Shown here one piece after another: positions 33,401 to 42,200 of a stretch of 64,000 nucleotides of DNA. This DNA is from a virus. A model generated the notes under the pieces. That model saw nothing but the letters and a program-made list of their open reading frames with translations, made no database searches and was not told the DNA's origin. The position numbers were made by a program, and so were the translations under genes. Location: IMG/VR virus record IMGVR_UViG_3300045988_016718; one strand, given 5' to 3'. Positions within the stretch are counted from its first letter, which is position 1. Every line of letters starts with the position of its first letter.

Positions 33401-33584
33401 AAGTACAGGTACATGGGCTGGACTTAATGCTAACTTTGAAGCATGGCATCTAAAGATAAGCAAGGTAAAGTATGAACCTTTAACTACAGAGGAGCTTAAT
33501 GCTAATACAGCTAATAGACCTACACCTGAATTACTCTATGATGGTGAATCCTTCCCAGAGTCAGGTATGAGGTTTATTATCTAA
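30492..33584 (+). CDS. Tail fibre protein with C-terminal GH16-like (ConA-fold) glycanase domain, paralogue 1
   Basis: The 1030-aa ORF has a C-terminal domain from about 32085. It contains WGLCPALWFFHYQE, NNEIDMELPS (ExDxE, 32640-32654) and FHDWTMVWYPNHTELWVDG. These are the GH16 patterns WPAxW / ExDxxE / FH.Y..eW.p..i.wyvDG. Confidence 0.7.
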   Translation: MSETIGIRYCIPQVVFDKKPSGNQTFALFYRRGDNPSRSWIKKTDTYVVDKYGKNTNNVYLDSLVEDTDYQFSLAEFPYEDEQTAAKNGAIFSFHTAINMTAGDSPYVNKILMPGQTFDWYYSGTKANSMPTSSATAWYYQATNNRTNEGENYYSLEVGGEVAWKQATSADNELETYSGYYCNTGNYIKLPNTYIKNPGGFIAGRIYADDIRGLLTVSFYLEEGHKDAAIVTCEALYNNTGSEQAPIYTQIPIEQANDATAAISFSIYVGEDGVLHSRKVRKSSVANGGEITLNEDTALPNTMVGGITNLSTNKWYTAQISHGLGTVHIYTAKGPEELQSSSQYYTEVYTCEGPGQPAESSIANAGDPATDGLGIGFGYNPEVLQSIFDVIGTEQYVTKGLIVNHIGMLSNESITDFNKISAGYLYIPCLGFYPQGGTISKANCLYLQNSSMTNLFKDDTIGEDGQVESVGKVSFIIDPAIGGTDSPKLNSGTYKIVLQSYSQYTSNTSFTNMDGIVVQTQKEQVTNTGYVIDFEQDFDSAVTAFRSKFYTKHGNWGGYNGGVNSNLVYASRAEKSLILEAHGDYYPESGQVWGVGKEAWVTEAGKQYTGYGENMYYYAENDARKGTTPFKQRVGCTLRTVDYFAYGKYTVRMAIPELKAGQDNWGLCPALWFFHYQEFGEGSTGYNKWMSSTNPVGRIYNKEGDAENGFYCVVNNEIDMELPSNDTQDFFPTAAVGGTRYTPWDFVKCAYFDPITTNPKATVSTATNPPYRIGIVDDNTLPYEDVGRFILKDPAKPNDRASWEQERETFVQTNYPNFCNCKFNNWQGEYSSGNGWESRQDYLPAKVNGAMPADAVATAQANNMDYYKNDTTYKEEYVAYKTALADERVAPKGYADGRFHDWTMVWYPNHTELWVDGVKIEENWGFVPFNCMHFVIGIWFPTLGVKKIDGVWKVLDYDKKTPVNNVATLESTGTWAGLNANFEAWHLKISKVKYEPLTTEELNANTANRPTPELLYDGESFPESGMRFII

Positions 33585-33596
33585 ATAAATTAAGAT

Positions 33597-36500
33597 ATGG
33601 CAGTTCCTACATTTAATGAATATACTTATAAGATAAGTTACAAGGTAGGCTCAAGTGATGAGATTATCCTTAGTGAGGAACTTGTTATTCTAGTGGCTTT
33701 GACAAGTGAAGTAATTGATGGTAATGTTGTACAAGTACAGAATCCAAACTATGATTACTTCATGAATACTCTAAGTGTAAGTGTGGCTCCTGTTGATGGG
33801 GCTACACTTTTCATTAGAAGAAACAAGATAATGGATGGTGAAATTGTAGTAGCAGAAGAGAAACTGGTGCATCAAGGTGCATTTAGTTTTCCTGATTATG
33901 ATACTAGGCAATCACTGGTCATTACTGATACAGAAGTTAATGGGAGTACCTCACATACCATACTTGTCCAAATACTTAATGTAGTTGGAGAAGAGAGAAT
34001 ACCTTGCAATTACACATTACCCAAACTAGAGTTTGCAGCACAGATTACTGATAGCCAACATGTGGATATACAATATAAACAGGTTGGTTCTACAGATTAT
34101 ATCACTTTAGGTACTAATGTTATTGTGCCTCCTACAGGTAAAATCAATAATATTAGCTTGGGACAATTACCTGATGATACAGAGTATCTCTTAAGGATAT
34201 ATCATTATGAAATGGATGAAGAGAAATTCTTCCTGTTTCATACTAATCTTATACCTACTCTTGGTATTAATCCCATTATAGGTAAAGTAGAATGGAATGG
34301 TAGAATAGTATTACTTGATGCTCCTAATGTAAAGGCAAGAATGTATCCAAGTCCTGATAAACTGGATTGGATGTTTCCTATGGATTACAGCACTAAGTCA
34401 TTTGATAATATCTTATCTTCCTTGTGGACATCTGATGATTACTTAGGTAAGAATGAGAACTATCACTTTGAGATGAGAACCAGTACTGATAATCCAGAAG
34501 AAACTTATATAGGTTGTGCTATCAACAAAGACCATTATATTGGATTACCTTTTGATTATGTAAATGACAAGCTACCAGACCAAGGTGCATCAATGAACAT
34601 ATTCTATAAGGACTTGTTTACTGTATCTAATCCTGCTACTGATAGAAATGCAATCATAATGAAGTTCTATGCAGACCCTACTCATGTAGGTCCATTAAAG
34701 CTCTTAGGGATAAACCATAACAGTGAACATGATAATACCAATTACTTAGGGTTTAATTTTAACAAGGCTGGAGATTGTAGAGAGGTAAATGTATTTGGTA
34801 AGGTAATGTTGACTAGTTCTACTGGTGACCCTCTTATTACTAGTGGCAAATGGTATACATTACTACTTGTGACTAATGGTGATAAGATAAATTACCTATC
34901 AATTAGTGACTACAGTAATTATAGTCAGACAACTATACCTATTAATGCCGGAGCACATGTTGGTAATGTAGACCTTAAGAATAAGTTATACGATGCTGGT
35001 AGGCTGCCTGTGACCATAGAACTTACTTATGATTGCACACAATATACTTCTGAAATTGGTCTATGTATAGATTATGCTACTTATCAATACATAGAAGACA
35101 ATGACACTAATAACCAAATTGAGAAGGGTAACAGTATCTATAAATCTCCTGAATATGGTACAGGCAAAAAAATTACTGTTACTATACCTAATGATGCTGC
35201 ATATGGAATAGCAGTTGGTTATTCTTTAGGTTTTCTAAAGGGTGGAACTACTGTGGCTGGCAAAGTAACTATCACAGACTTTAAGGTTAATGGTGTCAGT
35301 ATATTCAGTGATTTAACTAACTATCCTTTTAAGGTTGATGAGGCTGCAAGTGCTTATATAAGTGGTACTAAGACTGACATGATTTGGGCTAAGACTGGTG
35401 ATTCATTGCCTACTCCTATTGGTGGTACAGTATTTGAAGATGTAGAACTTAATCAGAACATAGAGCTTAATGCCAGACTATTTGTAGGATGTCCTGTTCA
35501 ATCAGGTGATATGACTAATGCAAGTTATGTTGTATCAAGGATTGGTCTACATAAGTCTACAATAACTGGTACAGATAGTTGGGACACTCCTTATCAATAT
35601 ATAGACCCTACAGTCATGGAAGCATTGGGTGCTGGCTATAAGAAGATGCCTAAACTTAAGTGCACAAATGATAATGGTACTGTAACTGTTATTCCAACAT
35701 CAGAGATGACTGAAATGAAGGATGCTACTGTGAGATTCTTACTTGAAGGATTGCCAATAGGTAAAACAAGAATAGAGGTAGAATCTGGTGAGGATATTCT
35801 ATCTTCTGTGTCAAGGGAAATCAAGAGTGTTAAACTTACTCCTGCACAGGCTGATTATGACATAAACTTTGAAGGTGATTTTGATGCAGCTGTAACAGAG
35901 TTCAAGAAGAGGTATTATGCCAAGCAGAAAAGGTGGGGTGGAAACATGGGTGGTGGAACTAATGGTAATTTGATATATTTCAACAGAGGACTTAAGTGTC
36001 TTATCCTTGAGCAGCATGGAGATAAATATAGAGGAATTGTTCCTGCTGTAGCTCCTGCTGGTGCTAATGGTTATGGACTACCTGTGGACTTAGTTGAAAA
36101 TCCATTGAATTATATACCTAACACAAGCCAGAGAACCTCAAGAGTTGGTGGTCTTATTCAGTCAGTTGATTATCATCCTTATGGTATGTTTGACTGCTGG
36201 TTTAAGGTACCAAAAGGAATGATAGGTTTAGCAATCTGTCTATGGTATTTCCACTATCAGGAGATATATAACTATGACAAGACATTCAAGTTCTGGACAG
36301 AAACTGGTGTTAAAGGTTATACTTATGCTGATTCTGTAAAGAGTGGCTATGGTGCAACTTGGGTAGTTATCAACAATGAGATTGATATGGAGCTTGGCTC
36401 AGAAAATACACCTTACAGGACAGTAATGAACCCTAATAGTGATACTAGTATTATGTGGTATGTTCCGGGTCTTAGTTATAGACAAGCTATAGGATGTACT

Positions 36501-37193
36501 GCAACTGGTGCTGACTATGGTACATGGATGATTGACTGGGAAGCAAGCAAGGCAGCTATAGATGCTGTTACAGAAACAGACCCACAAAACTCTGCATCCT
36601 ACTTGAGGTCTAATCAGCTTAAATGGGTTAAGATAATGGATACTATTGATGAAGTCAACTATGGTGCTAATGTGAGGTCATGCAGATTCAATAACTGGAT
36701 GAATGAAGCATGGAATGATGGTTGTGGAGTATATGGTACTATTGCTAATTCACAATTAGGTAAGGGAGAACTCTCTGTCAATAATAGAACTCCTTTAGGT
36801 TCTATTGACCCCAAGGCAGTACAACAAGCTGCAAGATATGTAGAACATTACTATGATGATGGACAATATCATAAGTGGTCAATTGACTGGAAAGGGGATT
36901 ACACTGCATTGTATATTGATGATGAACCTATAGCAATATGTAAGGCATTTGTGCCATTCAATCCTATGACAATGCTTGTAGGTTGTTGGTTCCCAAGTGG
37001 TAATGCTTATGATAAGAATGTGTTATTAGGTGAATGGGGAACTTGGTCTGGAGTTCATGCTGATTGGGAAGTAGGACTCATGCAAGTTAAAAGAATCAAG
37101 TTCAAGGCATATACTGAAGAAGAAGCTCCAACTACAGACATGAGATATGATTGTGAAACTTATGCAGAAGATGGATTAAGAGAGATTCTGTAA
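33597..37193 (+). CDS. Tail fibre protein with C-terminal GH16-like glycanase domain, paralogue 2
   Basis: The 1198-aa ORF has a C-terminal domain from about 35860 that aligns with the previous gene. Shared segments are INFEGDFDAAVTEFKKRYY, GLAICLWYFHYQE, NNEIDMELGS (36378-36392) and YHKWSIDWKGDYTALYIDD. Confidence 0.7.
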   Translation: MAVPTFNEYTYKISYKVGSSDEIILSEELVILVALTSEVIDGNVVQVQNPNYDYFMNTLSVSVAPVDGATLFIRRNKIMDGEIVVAEEKLVHQGAFSFPDYDTRQSLVITDTEVNGSTSHTILVQILNVVGEERIPCNYTLPKLEFAAQITDSQHVDIQYKQVGSTDYITLGTNVIVPPTGKINNISLGQLPDDTEYLLRIYHYEMDEEKFFLFHTNLIPTLGINPIIGKVEWNGRIVLLDAPNVKARMYPSPDKLDWMFPMDYSTKSFDNILSSLWTSDDYLGKNENYHFEMRTSTDNPEETYIGCAINKDHYIGLPFDYVNDKLPDQGASMNIFYKDLFTVSNPATDRNAIIMKFYADPTHVGPLKLLGINHNSEHDNTNYLGFNFNKAGDCREVNVFGKVMLTSSTGDPLITSGKWYTLLLVTNGDKINYLSISDYSNYSQTTIPINAGAHVGNVDLKNKLYDAGRLPVTIELTYDCTQYTSEIGLCIDYATYQYIEDNDTNNQIEKGNSIYKSPEYGTGKKITVTIPNDAAYGIAVGYSLGFLKGGTTVAGKVTITDFKVNGVSIFSDLTNYPFKVDEAASAYISGTKTDMIWAKTGDSLPTPIGGTVFEDVELNQNIELNARLFVGCPVQSGDMTNASYVVSRIGLHKSTITGTDSWDTPYQYIDPTVMEALGAGYKKMPKLKCTNDNGTVTVIPTSEMTEMKDATVRFLLEGLPIGKTRIEVESGEDILSSVSREIKSVKLTPAQADYDINFEGDFDAAVTEFKKRYYAKQKRWGGNMGGGTNGNLIYFNRGLKCLILEQHGDKYRGIVPAVAPAGANGYGLPVDLVENPLNYIPNTSQRTSRVGGLIQSVDYHPYGMFDCWFKVPKGMIGLAICLWYFHYQEIYNYDKTFKFWTETGVKGYTYADSVKSGYGATWVVINNEIDMELGSENTPYRTVMNPNSDTSIMWYVPGLSYRQAIGCTATGADYGTWMIDWEASKAAIDAVTETDPQNSASYLRSNQLKWVKIMDTIDEVNYGANVRSCRFNNWMNEAWNDGCGVYGTIANSQLGKGELSVNNRTPLGSIDPKAVQQAARYVEHYYDDGQYHKWSIDWKGDYTALYIDDEPIAICKAFVPFNPMTMLVGCWFPSGNAYDKNVLLGEWGTWSGVHADWEVGLMQVKRIKFKAYTEEEAPTTDMRYDCETYAEDGLREIL

Positions 37194-37220
37194 CATACAT
37201 ACAACTAAATTATTAATACT

Positions 37221-37252
37221 CTTGCACAGGTAAATCAAAATACTTACCTTTG
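37221..37252 (+). promoter_or_regulatory. Bacteroides-type promoter ahead of the tail-core module
   Basis: CTTG at 37221-37224, a 20-nt spacer and TACCTTTG at 37245-37252. The extended match is ATACTTACCTTTGCAGG. Confidence 0.6.
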
Positions 37253-37286
37253 CAGGAGTATTAATGTTTATAGACTAAATGAAATT

Positions 37287-37991
37287 ATGAATACTTACAG
37301 ACAGCTAGTATATATGGTACTTGATGAGCTTAAGGGTTCAGCAGATGACTTCACTTTTACTGAAGACCATGTGATGTTCCTTCTATCAAAGTACAGGGCT
37401 TTCTTGTTAAAGCAAAGATATGCAGACATCAAGAAGCCAATGCCAGAGTCCAATTATCAAACTCTATGTCTTGAGCTTATTGAGGTACCAGCAATAGCTG
37501 GAGTACCTTGTGAAGGTGGTTCATACTTGAGGACTAAAGCCAAGATACCTTTTACTATGAAGGTAGGTAATCCTAAGGTATATCCTGTTGATTACTTCCA
37601 AGGAAGCAACATTACATTTATCAGCAGAGACAGAATGAGATATGTTGGATATAACAAGTTTATGCAGAACATCATTTACTGCACACTTGGTCCTGACAAT
37701 TATCTGTATCTTCAATCAAATAATCCACAGTTCATCTATATGGAAAACATAAGATTTACTGCTGTATTTGAGGATTCAGAAACAGCATCAGAACTTGAAT
37801 GTAATGAGGATGGAAAAATATGTGATACCATAGACAGGACATTTCCAATTGAAGAAGCTCTTGTTCCACCTCTTATTGAACTTGTAGTCAAAGAGTTAAG
37901 ACAAGCTGAATATACACCAGCAGATGAGAAGAATAATGCAAATGATGATTTGGATAATGTAGCAATGACAGCAAACAGGCAGAGTAGATAA
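37287..37991 (+). CDS. Tail/neck structural protein (hypothetical)
   Basis: 234-aa ORF with a TAATG junction to the next gene. Confidence 0.7.
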   Translation: MNTYRQLVYMVLDELKGSADDFTFTEDHVMFLLSKYRAFLLKQRYADIKKPMPESNYQTLCLELIEVPAIAGVPCEGGSYLRTKAKIPFTMKVGNPKVYPVDYFQGSNITFISRDRMRYVGYNKFMQNIIYCTLGPDNYLYLQSNNPQFIYMENIRFTAVFEDSETASELECNEDGKICDTIDRTFPIEEALVPPLIELVVKELRQAEYTPADEKNNANDDLDNVAMTANRQSR

Positions 37992-38545
37992 TGGAAGGAT
38001 TACAGGAGTTCAAGAGAAGAGTTAGAAGAAGCACAGAACATCATGAGCATAAGATAAGAAACTCATGGGGTATCTATGATGGGTATAAGTACTATAGAAA
38101 GACTAAACCCAAAGACAAGGAATATGTGCTAACAGAGAGTCAGTACTTTGCTATAACCAGAAGGATAAATAACCTTATGGCAGAAGAAATAGCTAATGGT
38201 AATGACTTCAAGATACCACATAGAATGGGAGTAATTGAGCTAAGAAAGTATGATGCCCGTATCAAGATTGGAAGTAATGGTGAGGTATATGATAACTTGC
38301 CAGTAGATTGGAACAAAACCTTAGAACTATGGTATGAAGATGAGGAATCATATAAGAATAAGACACTTGTTAAAATGGAGGAGAAGGAAATCTTTACCAT
38401 ATACTATAACAGGAACAGAGCTACATACAGGAATCAGTCCTTCTATGACTTCAAGTTCAACAGGGACATGAAGATAATGCTTAAACAAAAAATCAAAGAG
38501 GGAGCAGTAGATGCTGCTTACTTGAAAAAGAGAGAATACTTATGA
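37991..38545 (+). CDS. Tail/neck structural protein (hypothetical)
   Basis: 184-aa ORF. Confidence 0.7.
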   Translation: MEGLQEFKRRVRRSTEHHEHKIRNSWGIYDGYKYYRKTKPKDKEYVLTESQYFAITRRINNLMAEEIANGNDFKIPHRMGVIELRKYDARIKIGSNGEVYDNLPVDWNKTLELWYEDEESYKNKTLVKMEEKEIFTIYYNRNRATYRNQSFYDFKFNRDMKIMLKQKIKEGAVDAAYLKKREYL

Positions 38546-39234
38546 CAAACAATGTAAACTTTATTAACATAAGGGAGATACTTAGCAGAGTAACAAGACA
38601 TCCCTTAATGTCTGATATAGGGCTTGAATCTGCTATCCAGTATACACTGGACTTTATTGCAGCTATGGGACTTCCTAAGATATATGTGGACAAGGTGGCT
38701 GATGTTGATATTGAGAATTACAGGGCTTTGCTTCCATGTGATTTAATCTCAATCATACAGGTGAGAACTAAACATGGTGACTGCTTGAGGTCAATGACAG
38801 ACAGCTTTGGTAGTTGTCCTGTAGATAGAAATCAGGAAAGAGGAGAAAGTACATTCAAGACTCAAGGCAGAGTTATATATACTTCCTTTAAGGATGGCAG
38901 CATACAAATAGCTTATAAGGCTATACCTGTAGATGATGAAGGACTTCCTATGTTACCTGATAATCCAATATTTCTTAAGGCACTTGAATTATACATAAAG
39001 AAAGAGTGGTTCACAATACTGTTTGACTTAGGAAAGATACAACCGGCAGTGTTAAATAACACCCAACAGGAGTATGCTTTCAAGGCAGGGCAGTGTAACA
39101 GTGAATTTACTATACCTTCTCCAAGTGAGATGGAATCCATAAGTGGAATACTTAACCAAATGGTACCAAGAGTTAATGAATTTAGAAAAGGATTTAAGGA
39201 CTTGGGAAACAAAGAATTTTTAAAGCTACACTAA
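38542..39234 (+). CDS. Tail/neck structural protein (hypothetical)
   Basis: 230-aa ORF with a 4-nt overlap with the previous gene. Confidence 0.7.
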   Translation: MTNNVNFINIREILSRVTRHPLMSDIGLESAIQYTLDFIAAMGLPKIYVDKVADVDIENYRALLPCDLISIIQVRTKHGDCLRSMTDSFGSCPVDRNQERGESTFKTQGRVIYTSFKDGSIQIAYKAIPVDDEGLPMLPDNPIFLKALELYIKKEWFTILFDLGKIQPAVLNNTQQEYAFKAGQCNSEFTIPSPSEMESISGILNQMVPRVNEFRKGFKDLGNKEFLKLH

Positions 39235-39235
39235 T

Positions 39236-42200
39236 ATGGCAATGAAACAAGAACAACATGTTATCAAAGGTATGCAAAGGGACTTGACTGTAAGTAAGTT
39301 CAGTCCTGAATATGCCTATGAGAACATGAATATAAGAATAACTGCAAGGGAACATAGTACTCTTTTATCTGTCACTAATGAGAAAGGTACTAAGGAAATA
39401 TCTGTGCCTTCATTCAGACAGCCTAACAAGATTATTGTAGAACCTACAGGAAAGATAGTCATGCAGTATCCACTTGCTTCATCAATTAGAGGCGGTATCC
39501 TTACAGAAACAAGTGATGGAGTACAGTATAAGTATGAAATAGTACTTGAATCAGGTCAATCAGAAAGTACTGCATATGAAGGACATCTGCCTATAACACA
39601 AAGTGTTAAGGGATTCTACTTTATAGATGACTTAGTATATGATGATACATACCAATATTGGAGTGACTTACATCCACTTGGGTTTATACCCGGTGGTGAT
39701 ATTAAGGGTGTTCCTCTTGGTAGTTGTACTATTGGTAAGTACATAGTCATATTCACTAAAGATGAAGCAGAAGGTATAGACTATATCTACAGACTTGAAG
39801 GTATAAATGACTACTTTGAAGTGACTATATTGTATCAAGGTAACTTGAACTTCAGTACTGCATATCCTATACAAACTCTTGGTACATATGAGAATGAAAA
39901 TATTCAAAAGGTATACTGGGTTGATGGTCTTAATCAATCAAGGGTAATCAATATAGTGGCAGAAGTGGGAACTTATAATGGAAATGATAAGTTTGACTTC
40001 ATTAGAGGATTTGATACAGGTGCTACAACTACTGTTGAGAAAGTACCAAGTGGTACAGGCATATTCCCTTCAGGAGTGGTTCAATATGCTCTAACTTATT
40101 ATAATAGTTATGCACAGGAAAGTACAGTATTTTACATATCTCCATTGTTTTACACTTCCCCTACAGGCAGAGGTGGTAGACCTGATGAAGTAGTGAATAA
40201 TGAATTTAGGATTATGGTTAATAATCCTGATACAAACTTTGATGGTATTAACATATACTCTATTATAAGGACTTCACTTGATGGTACTCCTAGTGTTAAG
40301 AGAGTAGCAAGTGTGGAATTAAAAGCAAGATATAGCATATATAACAAGCTGGAGATTAGCCAGACTTATGCTTACACTACACAGATAGTAGACCCTTCAG
40401 TAGTTGAGGTTTTCAAGTCAGGTAGTAAGGCATTATTGACTGATTATCCTTATGATGAAGTAGATGGAAAGCTCAAGTGGAGAATAAATGTAGAAGGTAA
40501 TTCAGGCATCATTATCAATAAACAATATGACCCTGAACATGAGATATACTTCCTAGACTTTGATAAAGCTGCTGGTGGAGTTGCTAATATAACCTATGAC
40601 CCATTTACTCATCAAATCAAGCTTGAGAGAAAATCAATTGATTATGGTTATATATTTGTGTATGTAGCTTCTATCAGTAATAGAACTTATGTGGATTATT
40701 CAGATAATAACACTACTGGTGAAACATTAGACCCTACAGAGTTACTGTATAAGGGTGGTGAAGAAGTTGTACCTTATACAATTACACAGAAGGATAATAC
40801 TCTGTTCCTAGGTAATCTTACTATCAAGAGGAGTGCAATTCCTCAAGACATAAGACTTGGGGTAGGTGATTTACCGTTGACCACAGAAGGTAAGGATGTT
40901 ACAGTTCTTGCTCCTGAAGATACTGATGTATATCCATACAAGAGTAATTTGAGTTTTGATAATGGTGTGATTACATCATTTAAGCAAGGTGAGACTTATA
41001 GACCCGGTCTTGTGTTCTTACATAGAACAGGTAAATGGTCAGAAGCTATACCTATAAGAGACTTTGAAGTAGATAGGTACATAACTGCTGAATCCTATAA
41101 CAAGATAGTAAGTTCTATTGGTTCTACTCTTATTAACAGGTTAATAGACTTAGGTTATGTAGCTGTAAAGCCAGTAATGGTTTATCCTAGTTATACTGAC
41201 AGGACTGTAGTATGTCAGGGCATCATTAATCCCACTTTGTTTAAGGCTAATGACAGACCTGATAATTCACCTTACTCAATATCTTCATGGTTCTTTAGAC
41301 CATTATTTGCTGGATTTTTTGATGATGGCGGTTTAGACTGGGCAAGAAGTCCAAGAGATGGTGGTGTAGTTCTTGAGTTCAGACATAAGAGACCATTGCC
41401 TTCAAGTTTCAATTTTAATGGTGAGATACAGTCACAAGATTGTATTTCAGATGTTTCTACTGAAGCTGGTACACAGACTTGTCCTGATGAAAGTGAAGGC
41501 AACTTTAAGGTTGATGGTAGTATATGTACATTCCATTCACCTGACATTGAGTTTGATGAAACTGTAAAGTCTCTTGTAAAAAGCTGTCAGATAAGGTATG
41601 TAGGATATGCAAAGTGTAAAGCTAACTATAGTGATTACAGTATAATTGGACCTAATTCTTTCCTTAAGACAACTAGGTCATCAGGTTCTAATTATAGAAT
41701 CATAAACCATGATTACAGTACAATGTACACCAAGTATGGTGGTACTAATTATTGGAATGGTAGTGCCAATGAAAGACATAGTTCTGTGAAGAAAATATGT
41801 GCACTTCCTGTATATGTAGATGGTGTATTGACAAGAAGAGACCCAAACAAGAATGATGATTGGGATGTATTAGGAAATGATGGTGGTGATGGTAACTGGA
41901 TTAACTGTGCATGGATAGTATATCCTTGGCATAGGGAAGCCTCTCTTAACAATGATATGGACAAGACAGGAACAGAAGGTCAATCATTAGTCAGAACAGG
42001 TCAATATACTAAGAAGATACTGTCAAACTTACAGTACACAGACACTTACTATATAGATAAGGAAGGATACTATCATAGGTCAACTCCTCCTACATTATAT
42101 CTTGAAGGAGACAGCCAGTTTACAGGTATTGCAGAGGTTGCAGTATTTGACAGTAATGAGGATACAATCATTAAGTTACCTATCATTAAAAATGCACTTG

